This document shows, in pieces, positions 10,446-20,305 of a DNA stretch of 64,000 nucleotides. Under the pieces are notes generated by a model. The model was given only the letters and a program-made list of their open reading frames with translations. It was not told where the DNA came from and ran no database searches. The DNA lies in assembly GCA_965198235.1 (NCBI GenBank), contig OZ240248.1, forward strand, positions 1,824,001 to 1,888,000, written 5' to 3'. The translations under genes were made by a program, and so were the position numbers. The stretch comes from Candidatus Poribacteria bacterium (lineage in GTDB: Bacteria > Poribacteria > WGA-4E > WGA-3G). Numbering within the stretch: position 1 is the first letter of the stretch; every line of letters starts with the position of its first letter.

Positions 10446-11345
10446 ATGCCGCCACTCCCTACTTTTCATGACAACTTTGAATACTTCAAATTCATTGGAA
10501 CGCTCCTCTTAGTCCTATTTTGCATCCAATCGACAAGCATCGCGCAAGACAATACTTCTACAAATCCGCGACCGGTGCTGACAGCGGCGAAACTAACTGG
10601 CACACCGCCCCAAATTGACGGCAAACTTGACGAAGACACGTGGAAACAGGCACCCGTTGCAACCGGTTTCGTGCAGCTCCTACCAGACGAGGGAAAACCA
10701 GCGACTGAGCGTTCCGAGGTCCGTGTTCTATACGGTGACGACGCACTCTATGTCGGGTTCCGTGCTTATGATACAGATTCAAGTGCAATCGAAGGGCAAC
10801 TGACACGCCGCGACAGGGAGTCCTTCTCCGATTGGGTGCATGTCGCAATCGACTCATACAGCGACAAACGCACCGCGTTCCAGTTCGGTGTGAATCCGAG
10901 AGGTGTCAAGCAAGATACATACCGCTATGACGACACCCGACGAGATCCGGATTGGGATGCCGTCTGGGACGTTGCAACCAGTCTTGATCAACACGGTTGG
11001 ACGGCGGAGTTCCGCATCCCCTATACCCAACTCCGTTTTCCTCATGCTGAAGAGATGATCTGGGGTATCCAGTTCACACGTGATATCGCGCGTAAGAAAG
11101 AACTCGTTTATTGGGCACCGCTCTCCAGCCAAGAAAGCGGCACCGTCTCCAAGTACGGAACGCTTCACGGGTTAAAAGGCATTAAGTCACAATGGCGGCT
11201 TGAGGTTGCTCCCTATTCGCTGGGACGACTTCAACGAGCAATCGGCGATCCTGATGACCCATTCTTCAAGGAGAACGATCCGTTTGCAACGCTCGGCATG
11301 GATCTCAAGTATGGGCTGACCGGCAATTTTACCGAGAGGAGATGA
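10446..11345 (+). pseudogene. CBM9-like / DUF5916 family protein, C-terminally truncated
   Basis: IDGKLDEDTW, GWTAEFRIPY; ends at DLKYGLTGNFT, where full-length relatives continue into a long barrel domain, and runs straight into the next gene's SD. Confidence 0.7.
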
Positions 11346-12709
11346 CTATGACGACTCACGGGACACTTGAAGCAAAAGTCGATCAACTGTTTGCAGAATG
11401 GAACCAATCAGATTCCCCAGGTGCCGCCTTAGCAGTTGTCAAAGACGGTGAAATTATCTATGAACAGGGATACGGGACCGCGAATCTGGAATATGACATC
11501 CCAATCACGACGAGGACTATTTTCGATATCGCTTCAGTGTCTAAGCAATTTGCGGGGTTCGCTATCGCCACGTTATCATACGAAGGGAAGCTTTCGTTGG
11601 ATGACGATATCCGGATGTACCTGCCCGATGTCCCGGATTTCGGAAACACAATCACAATTCGACATCTCTTGCATCACACCAGTGGACTGCGGGATTGGGT
11701 GCAATCCCTTGTTATCGCGGGTGACGTAATGGAGGATGTAATTTCCTTTAAACATATCTTGAAGATGGTCCGGCATCAGAAAGCACTCAATTTTGAGCCT
11801 GGAGCGGAGTTTTTATACAGCAATACGGGATACAATCTACTGGCAGAAATCGTCGAGACAGTAACAGGAGATTCATTCAGGGAGTGGACGGACGCTAACA
11901 TCTTCAAGCCCCTTGCCATGACGAATACCCATTTTCACGATGACCATCAAATGATTCTGAAGAACCGAGCATATTCATATCAAGTTGATGAAAACGAGCG
12001 GTTTAAACACGCCGTTAACAATACAACCGCCCTCGGTTCAAGTTCTCTCTATTCAACGGTGGAAGATCTGGCGAAGTGGATTCTGAATTTTGACGACGCA
12101 CGTATCGGTGGGCAGACAGTAATTGAACAGATGCACCAGCGTGGCGTGCTTAATGACGGAGAGCAAATTGACTACGCCTTCGGGTTGAACATCGGTGAAT
12201 ACAGGGCACTAAGAACGGTCGGACACAGCGGATCATGGCGGGGATTTCGGAGTCATTTGATGCGTTTTCCGGATCAGAAATTTGGCGTAGTCATTCTGTG
12301 CAATCTCGACACCTTTAATCCACTCAGTTTAGCAGAAAAGGTCGCGGACCTCTATCTTGCTGATGTCCTTGCTACTATGGAAGCATCCGAACCAGAGAAA
12401 GCAACGGAACCTGATGAGGGTATTGAATCTGAACCTCTGCCGCCAGAACAGTTGACAGAATTCGAGGGAGATTATTATACTGAAGAACTTGATACAACCT
12501 ACACCATCGGTGTGTGCGGGGATGGACTTGTGGCGCAACACAGACGGCACGATGACATAGTGCTAACCTACGCCGACGGTCATTTCCTTGGGGACGCGTG
12601 GTTTTTTCCAGAGATTCACTTTATCCGAGACGATACCGGACGCATTACAGGGTTTAGGTTGACAGGAAACAGGGTTAGAAATCTACATTTTGAGAAAAAA
12701 GCGCATTAA
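11342..12709 (+). CDS. Serine hydrolase, beta-lactamase/PBP-like family
   Basis: SVSK (SxxK), YSN, HSG motifs, LLHHTSGL. Confidence 0.9.
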   Translation: MTMTTHGTLEAKVDQLFAEWNQSDSPGAALAVVKDGEIIYEQGYGTANLEYDIPITTRTIFDIASVSKQFAGFAIATLSYEGKLSLDDDIRMYLPDVPDFGNTITIRHLLHHTSGLRDWVQSLVIAGDVMEDVISFKHILKMVRHQKALNFEPGAEFLYSNTGYNLLAEIVETVTGDSFREWTDANIFKPLAMTNTHFHDDHQMILKNRAYSYQVDENERFKHAVNNTTALGSSSLYSTVEDLAKWILNFDDARIGGQTVIEQMHQRGVLNDGEQIDYAFGLNIGEYRALRTVGHSGSWRGFRSHLMRFPDQKFGVVILCNLDTFNPLSLAEKVADLYLADVLATMEASEPEKATEPDEGIESEPLPPEQLTEFEGDYYTEELDTTYTIGVCGDGLVAQHRRHDDIVLTYADGHFLGDAWFFPEIHFIRDDTGRITGFRLTGNRVRNLHFEKKAH

Positions 12710-12726
12710 TCTTCTTACAGGCCCTA

Positions 12727-13591
12727 GGTTGTGTTTACATTTTGTGAGTGGTTACGAGTATTGCTGCGAAATAGATGAATCCGAGATACCAAACACTTAA
12801 TTTATCGTAGCGCGTCGCGACCCGACGATACTGTTTCAACCATCGAAAGAAACGCTCTATCAAGTTCCGGCGTTTATACAACGTTTCGTCATACGCACGG
12901 GGCTCCGTCCGCCCTTCGCGAGGCGGTATGACCGCAATCGCATCCTGTGACGTGATCTCGGCTATAAACGCATCCGAGTCGTAAGCTTTATCGCCTATGA
13001 CATACTCATAACAATAGCCTTCAATCAGCGCAGGGGCTTGTGTAATATCATTGCGGTGTCCCGCTATGAAAATAAAACGCAACGGGATACAGGCATCGCT
13101 GAGAGACAGATTCAGTTTCGTCGTAAATCCACCTCGAGTTCGTCCGAGTGCCTGTGCCTCTTGTCCTCCTTTTTTTTCGGGGCACCCGCTGCCGAGGCAT
13201 GTGCCCGCAGGATCGTGGAATCAATGAGGATACCTGAGATGTCGCCAGCATCATGAAAATGTTCATGGAGTGCCTGAAAAACACCCGCATCGCACCATCG
13301 ACTGAATCGACGGTAGATCGCATTCCAATTGCCATAGACTTTCGGTAAAGCGCGCCACGTCGCGCCTTCTTTAGCGATCCAAAGCACACCAGAGAGAAAG
13401 TGCCTGCACTTTTCTGGGTTTCCAACATAGACGTTTCGGCAGTCTCTGAGGAACGGTAAGATGCTATTCCAGGCAGCATCACTTAGCTGCTTTGGCAGGT
13501 CTTGAGAGTCAACTGTGTTTTGAGTTTCCATAAAGAGAGAATACTAAAATCTCTATGAAATGTCAATACCTTTTCAAATGTAAACACTACC
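12727..13591 (-). mobile_element. IS5-family insertion sequence (IS427-like, two-ORF)
   Basis: TIRs GGTTGTGTTTACATTT / AAATGTAAACACTACC, both ends in CTAG context (TA duplication 12725-26 and 13592-93). Confidence 0.9.
12735..13531 (-). CDS. IS5-family DDE transposase, orfA/orfB joined by probable -1 frameshift
   Basis: orfA WRALPKVYGNW..IDST; A-run ending in G near 13170; shifted frame ALGRTRGGFTTK..GDKAYDS..RNLIERFF..RRVATRYDK. Confidence 0.88.
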
Positions 13592-13663
13592 TAGGGGGTC
13601 ATTCAATCGCAAAACAGCGAAAAAGCCGAAAACCAAATAGCCCTACCGAAACAGAAATTGGGT

Positions 13664-13692
13664 TTGACAACTCTCAGACAATCTGTTATACT
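13664..13692 (+). promoter_or_regulatory. Sigma70-type promoter with extended -10
   Basis: TTGACA-17bp-TATACT with TGn. Confidence 0.65.
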
Positions 13693-13919
13693 TGCTTAAA
13701 ATATTGCGAATTCAACCTGAAGGTACACTCACCTATATTACGCCGAGCAGATAAGACACTTACCAGCAGTAGTACACACGGATTAAAGATGAAAGGACGC
13801 GGGCAATCATTAGGGGAGATTGAAGCCGATTGAACCTGCCAAATCTATTGGATGCAGGTGACTTTTGATTTTCCGTTTAAACCAACCTATGCCCTGTTTC
13901 AATTTAGGAGACATTTAAA

Positions 13920-14732
13920 ATGAATCAGAAGTTTGAGAAAAGTCAAAAACTGGGAAAGTGGCTCAGATGGATGGAGACGATTCACGACGAGATTCTAATA
14001 CTTGTTCAAGACGCAAACATGTTCTGGGAAGTCCAAGGCATCATCCGTGGAAATCCACGGATCCAAAAGCCTAATGCTTTCTATGGTTATCTTGCAAGGA
14101 CTTATCTTTCTCATGCATTAGTAGGACTCCGTCGGCAAATTAAATTGCAGAAGGATAGCATATCTTTTGTCGGATTGCTTGATGAGATTGCTAAAAACCC
14201 TGAAGAGTTATCCCGCAACTACTTCGATTCCCGCTGTTCTTGTTCTGATGGGCCCGACTTGTGTCAAGTGGTAGGCAAGACAGGTCTTGAGGAAGTAGGG
14301 ATCGCTGACTCTTCCCAATTGAAGGCAAGGATAAAGATGAATGACTTCGCTCCGTACGCAGATGCGAGTGGCGCGCATGTTTGTCCAGAGATGGTAGAAG
14401 ATGATCGGGCACGGCTTGAATCCGCAGTAAAAACACATGAAGAGTTTGCTGATAAGCGGATTGCCCATTCGGACAAACACGCGCCGACAATTATACCCAC
14501 CTTTGAGGAGTTAGATGCCTGCATTAAATTGCTGGATCGGACGTATGTGAAGTACCATTTTCTGTTTCATGCTGAATCAATGGATACCTTGATGCCGACC
14601 TATCAATACGAGTGGAAGAGCATTTTCTGTGAGCCTTGGTTAAAGGTTGGCTTTGGGAGTGCCAAAGGACTTATTCACGTCAGTGAAGATTTTGAGGATG
14701 AACTCCCAGATTTCAGAAAGTATACAGAATGA
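13920..14732 (+). CDS. AbiU2/HEPN-like protein with C-terminal DUF2281-like antitoxin tail
   Basis: Helical protein with DKRIAH motif; tail GFGSAKGLIHVSEDFEDELPDF; ATGA overlap with a PIN gene. Confidence 0.6.
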   Translation: MNQKFEKSQKLGKWLRWMETIHDEILILVQDANMFWEVQGIIRGNPRIQKPNAFYGYLARTYLSHALVGLRRQIKLQKDSISFVGLLDEIAKNPEELSRNYFDSRCSCSDGPDLCQVVGKTGLEEVGIADSSQLKARIKMNDFAPYADASGAHVCPEMVEDDRARLESAVKTHEEFADKRIAHSDKHAPTIIPTFEELDACIKLLDRTYVKYHFLFHAESMDTLMPTYQYEWKSIFCEPWLKVGFGSAKGLIHVSEDFEDELPDFRKYTE

Positions 14733-14992
14733 AATATTTGCTTGATACACATACGCTGCTTTAGTTTCTTCAGGGTGACAAAAAACTCAGTGACAAAGCA
14801 CGACGGTTAATCGACGATCCACGCAACCCAAAGTCCCTCAGCATCGTCAGCCTTTGGGAAATAGCCATTAAGCTGAGTTTAGGGAAACTCGTTTTAGATA
14901 AATCGTTTGAGAGATTGTTTCCAGAGCAACTCCATTTCAATCGTATTGAAGTATTGGATATTACAGTTGATAGCCTGATAAGAGGGATTTAG
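14729..14992 (+). pseudogene. vapC: VapC/PIN toxin pseudogene
   Basis: MKYLLDTHTLL*FLQGDKKLS...SIVSLWEIAIKLSLGKL; TAG at 14762 where Trp is typical; 3' end lost at a repeat near 14974. Confidence 0.85.
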
Positions 14993-15053
14993 GGGGTTTT
15001 TCCTTGTAGAAATGCTAAAACTAAATAGCCCTGTTTTCTAACGCCTTTTTTTC

Positions 15054-15081
15054 TTGACATTTGGGTAAAATTTGATATAAT
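15054..15081 (+). promoter_or_regulatory. Sigma70-type promoter
   Basis: TTGACA-16bp-TATAAT with TGn. Confidence 0.55.
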
Positions 15082-15185
15082 TGGAATATCAAACGCAATC
15101 GAGATTGAGTTGTTAATCGTATTGAAGACTGAATTAGCCATTTCGCTTTGAGGCAAGTTTTGGTTTGTCCGGCGCACTTTAGCGA

Positions 15186-15260
15186 TTCTTCGCTCGTATC
15201 ATCTCTGCTCGCAAAGCGACACGTAAAAAAGTTAGACAATACGAGGAATTTAACCTATGA
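15186..15260 (+). pseudogene. BrnT-family toxin, C-terminal remnant
   Basis: FFARIISARKATRKKVRQYEEFNL* with ATGA overlap to the downstream antitoxin; no start codon. Confidence 0.75.
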
Positions 15261-15457
15261 AAGCAGAATATGACTTTTCAAAAGCGGAACGTGGTAAGTT
15301 CTACCAGCCAAAAGCTGTTTTTAATCTTCCCATCTATTTAGAGAAGGACATTGATGAATTCATGCGTAAACTCGCTGATGAGAAAGGTAAAGATGTTGAG
15401 GAAATGGTCAATGAATGGCTTCGCAGCGGTATGCAATTGATTCAAAGCGTTCAATGA
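15257..15457 (+). CDS. BrnA/CopG-like antitoxin
   Basis: MKAEYDFSKAERGKFY N-terminus typical of BrnT partners. Confidence 0.75.
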   Translation: MKAEYDFSKAERGKFYQPKAVFNLPIYLEKDIDEFMRKLADEKGKDVEEMVNEWLRSGMQLIQSVQ

Positions 15458-15564
15458 ATGCCCCAACTGATTCCTTTACTTTGAGGCAAACCTTGGGTTG
15501 TGGAAGCGTTTTTAGTAAACCCACGCCGAAACCCAATTTTTTGAAAGGAATGACTTGTTAAGCA

Positions 15565-16650
15565 ATGACACTTAAGGAACACATTGACGAGATAGGCACG
15601 GGTTTAGAAACAGGTCAATATGGAAATGAAGCAGCAGTTTCGCAAGGTATCGTGCTGAGGCTGCTTGATGCCTTGACCTGGCCAAGGTTCAATACTCAGG
15701 TTATCATCCCTGAATACTCGGTAGGCGGGCGGAGAGTAGATTTTGCTTTATGTCATCCTTCATCAAAGCCGATCATCTTCATTGAAGTCAAACAAGTTGG
15801 AAACATTGACGGAGCGGAGCAACAACTGTTTGAATACGCCTTTCATGAAGGCGTACCAATCGCTATTCTCACTGATGGCCGGGAATGGCGATTTTTTCAC
15901 CCAACCGCACAAGGAGATTATCGAGAACGTAAGGTATGTGAACTGAACTTGAGCGAAGGTAATAGTGAAGAAAATACTAAACGCCTTAAGAGATACTTGA
16001 ACTATGAATCAATACGCACAGGTGAAGCTGTTGAAGCAATCAAGGAGGATTATGAGAAGGTCGTTCAGCAAAGACAGGTTGCGACACGGTTACCAGAGGC
16101 GTGGAACAAATTGGTAAAGGAAGCAGATGAGTTTTTACTACATGCCGTAGCGGAGAAAACCGAAAGTTTGTGCGGGTATAGACCTACAGATAAACAAGTA
16201 TTAAGTTTTTTGAAAAGCCTAAAAAGAGAAACTGAGTTGAACAGGAAAGTATCTCCATCTCCTTTAGTTCAACAAGATCCGGCAAGAGGCGTTAGTACGA
16301 GAGGACAGACAACTTGGAAGCGTTCTCGACAACGGAGAGCAAAAACACCGTCACCACGTTTTATCGTTACCATGCCCGATGGTGAAGCAATAGAACGTCC
16401 TACCAAGCTAGATACTTTCGTTGAGGTCCTTCTGAAACTGATAGAAATGCTAGGAGAGGAACAGGTGATCGGTGCGGATGAAGAAGGTTCATGCGTATCA
16501 ACCGCTCCACTCCGCCCCGGGGTTCAGGGCCGCCGGTACGGCAACTATTTCATATCAACAAACCACGGTACAGAGGCGAAAAAAAGACTGCTTGATGGAA
16601 TTGCCTCAAATCTTGGTGTTCGACTGAAAATAGAAATAACTGATAAATAA
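15565..16650 (+). CDS. HsdR N-terminal-like (PD-(D/E)xK) restriction endonuclease domain protein
   Basis: PEY...RVDFAL...FIEVK, QLFEYAF, ILTDGREWRFF. Confidence 0.75.
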   Translation: MTLKEHIDEIGTGLETGQYGNEAAVSQGIVLRLLDALTWPRFNTQVIIPEYSVGGRRVDFALCHPSSKPIIFIEVKQVGNIDGAEQQLFEYAFHEGVPIAILTDGREWRFFHPTAQGDYRERKVCELNLSEGNSEENTKRLKRYLNYESIRTGEAVEAIKEDYEKVVQQRQVATRLPEAWNKLVKEADEFLLHAVAEKTESLCGYRPTDKQVLSFLKSLKRETELNRKVSPSPLVQQDPARGVSTRGQTTWKRSRQRRAKTPSPRFIVTMPDGEAIERPTKLDTFVEVLLKLIEMLGEEQVIGADEEGSCVSTAPLRPGVQGRRYGNYFISTNHGTEAKKRLLDGIASNLGVRLKIEITDK

Positions 16651-16719
16651 ATCGTGAGATTGGCAGAAATGTTATCCGTGTGTATTTACTAAATTTATCC
16701 TATCTGCGAGGATATAACG

Positions 16720-17799
16720 ATGAAGAAGACAAAAATACCCGAACAACGGCAAAGACCATCAGTGATCGACTGTGATGTGCATAACACCCTCGCTTCCGAG
16801 ATGGTGTTGTACCCCTATCTCTCCGAACGGTGGCGGAAACATCACGGTATGGTCGGTACAACCGATCGCGTCGGTGCATACATCCCACGCGCCCACCCCT
16901 TCGGTGCCAGATACGACGCGTGGACACCCTCCGGACACCGTCCCGGATCCGATCTTGATTTCCTACGTGAGCAGCTACTGGACGCATTCAACATCGAATA
17001 CGGCATCCTTAACTGCTTGACCCCGGTCTGTGAGATGCCCAATCTCGCGTTCGCCGCGGCATGGGCAAGTGCCGTGAACGACTGGCAGATCGAAGAGTGG
17101 CTTGAAAAAGAACCGAGACTCCGCGCCTCAATCATCGTCGCGTGCGACGACGCAGAGTTCACCACTGCGGAAATTGATCGGTTAGCAGACCATCCCGGAT
17201 TTGTGCAAATATTGCTGCTCGCTCGTACGATGGAACCTTTAGGAAGGCGTAAGTACTGGAAGATGTATGAAGCGGCAGTCCAGCATGACCTCCCTATTGG
17301 CATCCACTTCACCGGTGTCGGCGCGGGACCGATTACCGCTGTCGGTAGACCCTCACACTACATCGAAGACCACGCAGGAATGACACAGGCGTTTCAGACA
17401 CAGGTAACCAGTCTCGTTTGCGAAGGGGTCTTTGAACAATTCCCGACACTCAAGGTAATTCTAATTGAGGGCGGTTTCGCTTGGCTACCCCCGTTGATGT
17501 GGCGACTTGACCGGGCATGGAAAAAGCTACACGCTGAGGTACCTGAGCTGAAACGGTTGCCTTCTGAGTACATCCGGGAACACTTCTGGATTACAACGCA
17601 GCCGATTGAAGAACCCCCTAAACAGGAATACTTTGATCAACTCCTCGTACATCTAAACTTAGATGATAAGCTGATGTTCGCAACCGATTATCCGCACTGG
17701 GACTTCGATTCTCCCGAACAGGCACTTCCGAAGAACCTCGTACCGACTCTCAAACGTAAAATCATGGCAGAAAACGCTCGCGCCCTCTATCGGTTTTAA
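16720..17799 (+). CDS. Amidohydrolase_2 family protein
   Basis: VIDCDVH, FATDYPHWDFD. Confidence 0.9.
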   Translation: MKKTKIPEQRQRPSVIDCDVHNTLASEMVLYPYLSERWRKHHGMVGTTDRVGAYIPRAHPFGARYDAWTPSGHRPGSDLDFLREQLLDAFNIEYGILNCLTPVCEMPNLAFAAAWASAVNDWQIEEWLEKEPRLRASIIVACDDAEFTTAEIDRLADHPGFVQILLLARTMEPLGRRKYWKMYEAAVQHDLPIGIHFTGVGAGPITAVGRPSHYIEDHAGMTQAFQTQVTSLVCEGVFEQFPTLKVILIEGGFAWLPPLMWRLDRAWKKLHAEVPELKRLPSEYIREHFWITTQPIEEPPKQEYFDQLLVHLNLDDKLMFATDYPHWDFDSPEQALPKNLVPTLKRKIMAENARALYRF

Positions 17800-17813
17800 A
17801 ACGCAGAAGGTTA

Positions 17814-18629
17814 TCAGATTGTAACGACGTGTGGGACTTCCTCAAACTGCAGATTATGCGCTGCTGCCCACTGCACCGCTGCACCCCCGCCGCCACCGAG
17901 GAACTGCGTGCCAAGGTCATCAAGGTTCTTCACCACCTTCTCTTCAGGTTGCAGTTTGTCGTTGTAATACAGCAGATAATTCTCCGGCTTGAGCCATGCG
18001 TAGTGGTATCCGTAGATAACGACTTTAGCGATATTCTCCGTAAAGTTGGCACCGGCGGTATGATAGATACGGTTTTCAAAGAAAAACGCATCGCCTGCAC
18101 GCAAGACAGGTTCATCATAAGGTTCAATCGGATCAATTTTGCCTTCAGGGATACCCAACGGTTCACCTGATACATGGCTTTTTGGAACAAACAGCGTCCC
18201 ACCGGAGTTCTGCACAGTGAAATCCGTCAAGCAGTACCCTACCTTCAAACCGACGCGTGGACAATTCTTGTGTCCGAGGTCTAAGAACAAGCCAGCATCT
18301 CGATGCCACCCACGGCTTTCTGGCTCCTCAGGGGGTTGCGGATGTTTGTAGATGAGCGCGGTATTCGTGATATGGATATTTGTGCCAAGCAGTTGGATGA
18401 CCAAGGGAATCGCTTTTGTCTGTGATGTTAACTCCGCGAAGACAGGCTCCTGCACTAAACCGTCTCGTTTGTGCGCATAGTAGCCGTTATACTCAAACGA
18501 TGCCATAAGCTGGTCTCCTGCCTCAGTCAAACGATCTATCATGTCGCTGTCAAGTACCGACCGCACGATGAAGTATCCGTTCTCCTCAAATTCCTCACGT
18601 TGTGCATCTGTCAACTGGACGAATTCCAT
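17814..18629 (-). CDS. PhyH family 2OG-Fe(II) dioxygenase
   Basis: FEENGY, WHRD (HxD), distal His in RIYHTAG. Confidence 0.88.
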   Translation of the reverse strand: MEFVQLTDAQREEFEENGYFIVRSVLDSDMIDRLTEAGDQLMASFEYNGYYAHKRDGLVQEPVFAELTSQTKAIPLVIQLLGTNIHITNTALIYKHPQPPEEPESRGWHRDAGLFLDLGHKNCPRVGLKVGYCLTDFTVQNSGGTLFVPKSHVSGEPLGIPEGKIDPIEPYDEPVLRAGDAFFFENRIYHTAGANFTENIAKVVIYGYHYAWLKPENYLLYYNDKLQPEEKVVKNLDDLGTQFLGGGGGAAVQWAAAHNLQFEEVPHVVTI

Positions 18630-18826
18630 GCGTATGCTCCTTTGTCACCTTAAAAAATCGGGGTGAATAGGAATGTCTGAATATGGTAACATAAATTGAA
18701 ACTGCTGTCTACTGATACCCTTCTACTGTAGGAGGGATCTCCGAATCCCGGCGCTTTCTAATAACTGATAACTAACCACTGACTGCTGATTGCTGACAGC
18801 TACACTTTCAAGGACAAACAAAAAAC

Positions 18827-19291
18827 ATGATTCACGTTTCACATCTCACGAAAAAATACGGAGCGACCCCGGCAGTGGACGACATCAGCTTCGACATTCA
18901 ACAGGGTGAAATCGTCGGCTATCTCGGTCCCAATGGAGCAGGAAAAAGTACAACCCTTAAAATGCTCGTTGGTTTGTTGCAACCGACATCTGGCGAAATC
19001 TCAGTAGCGGGATACAATGCCGCAACCGAGCTGCTTGAACTCAAGCAGCACATCGGATACGTTCCAGAAGAAGCGCAACTCTACGAACACCTCACTTTGG
19101 TGGAACACCTACAATTAATGGGCAGACTCTATCACGTAGAAGAAGGGTTAATCACGCAGAAAATAAAAGATCTGACGAGACTGTTCGATATGGAAGCACA
19201 GGCAAACCAAAGGATAAGCGGCTTCTCACAAGGTATGCGCCAAAAGGGTCTCATTATGTCTGCCCTGCTGCACAACCCCGATGTCCTCTAA
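18827..19291 (+). pseudogene. ABC transporter ATP-binding protein, truncated before Walker B
   Basis: GPNGAGKST, FSQGMRQK signature, stops at HNPDVL*. Confidence 0.8.
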
Positions 19292-19309
19292 ACGCGTCTC
19301 CAAAAGATG

Positions 19310-19492
19310 ACGAGTGAAACCCAACGTATTCTCATAACCCTAGCGTCTAAGTCGTTGGGTTTCGCTATCTCTATCTACACAAAATAGATCATCGAAAATC
19401 GGGCTTCCCCCTACAAACTGGCGCGTTCTGAGTCTTTATCGCTCTACCCAACCTACGGCCACCTGTGCATTTTTATTACCGAACTCACGTTA
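19310..19492. repeat. Cluster of REP/MITE-end fragments at a deletion junction
   Basis: GAAACCCAAC, GTTGGGTTTCGCT, GCTCTACCCAACCTAC (GTAG-type REP reversed), AACTCACGTTA. Confidence 0.55.
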
Positions 19493-20294
19493 CATAGATG
19501 CGTTCGCCGGTACTGGGTACCGCGAATTGATACACGATGGGAATGCAGATGAGTTGTTGCTTCCTGAACTCGTTTCTCAAGAGGTAGCGAACTTCCGGTA
19601 CGGTTCAGCACGTAAGGCTTTAGAAGTAGAACCGCCGTTTGGGAAATACGTTTTCATAGAGAAAAACGCGAATAGGTATGCAGAGCTAAAGAAACTCAAA
19701 GAAAAGTTTTTGCTCAAGGACGGGTTTTCAGATGATATGATTGAGTGCGTAAATAGGGACGCGAACGAACATCTGAAAGATTTATGTGGAAAGAACTGTC
19801 ACTCCCATCGGGCTTTGGTGTTTTTTGATCCTTATGGAATGCAAGTAGGGTGGGCAACTATTGAGTCTATCGCTCAAACCCAAGCTATTGACTTGTGGAT
19901 TTTATTCCCACTTGGTACTGTAAACCGATTGCTGAAAAGGAATGGAGAAATTCGACCTTCTCTACGAGAGAGACTTGACCTGTTTTTTGGTGAACCTGAC
20001 TGGTACGACGTGTTCTATCAATTAGCTGAGCAAATCTCATTCTTTGATGAAGAACAATGGCAAAAAACGGGAAATATTTTTACGGCGATTGAGCGATATT
20101 TCGTTGAGCGGCTACAAGGAATATTTAAAGGCGTGGCTACTAATCCGCTTCCTTTGCGTAATTCAAAAAATGTTCCGTTGTATCTCCTATGCTTCGCTGC
20201 AGGAAACCAAAGAGGTGCCCCGGTAGCAGTCAAGATTGCCCAAGAAATCTTAGAAGGGATGCGAAACCCGTCACAACTGACGCTCTTAGGTTAA
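19491..20294 (+). pseudogene. tcmP: Three-Cys-motif partner protein (TcmP-like), N-terminally truncated
   Basis: In-frame YIDAFAGTG begins at 19491 with no upstream start; FFDPYG motif; adjacent DUF5131 gene. Confidence 0.75.
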
Positions 20295-20305
20295 GAGGTG
20301 AACCA

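Noticed and set aside
13555-13833. 92-aa ORF spanning the IS end
   Set aside because: Crosses the TIR and a promoter; likely spurious
14762-14764. In-frame TAG in vapC as recoding (pyrrolysine or readthrough)
   Set aside because: A single TGG-to-TAG change in a gene that is also 3'-truncated; TAG is a normal stop in many genes here
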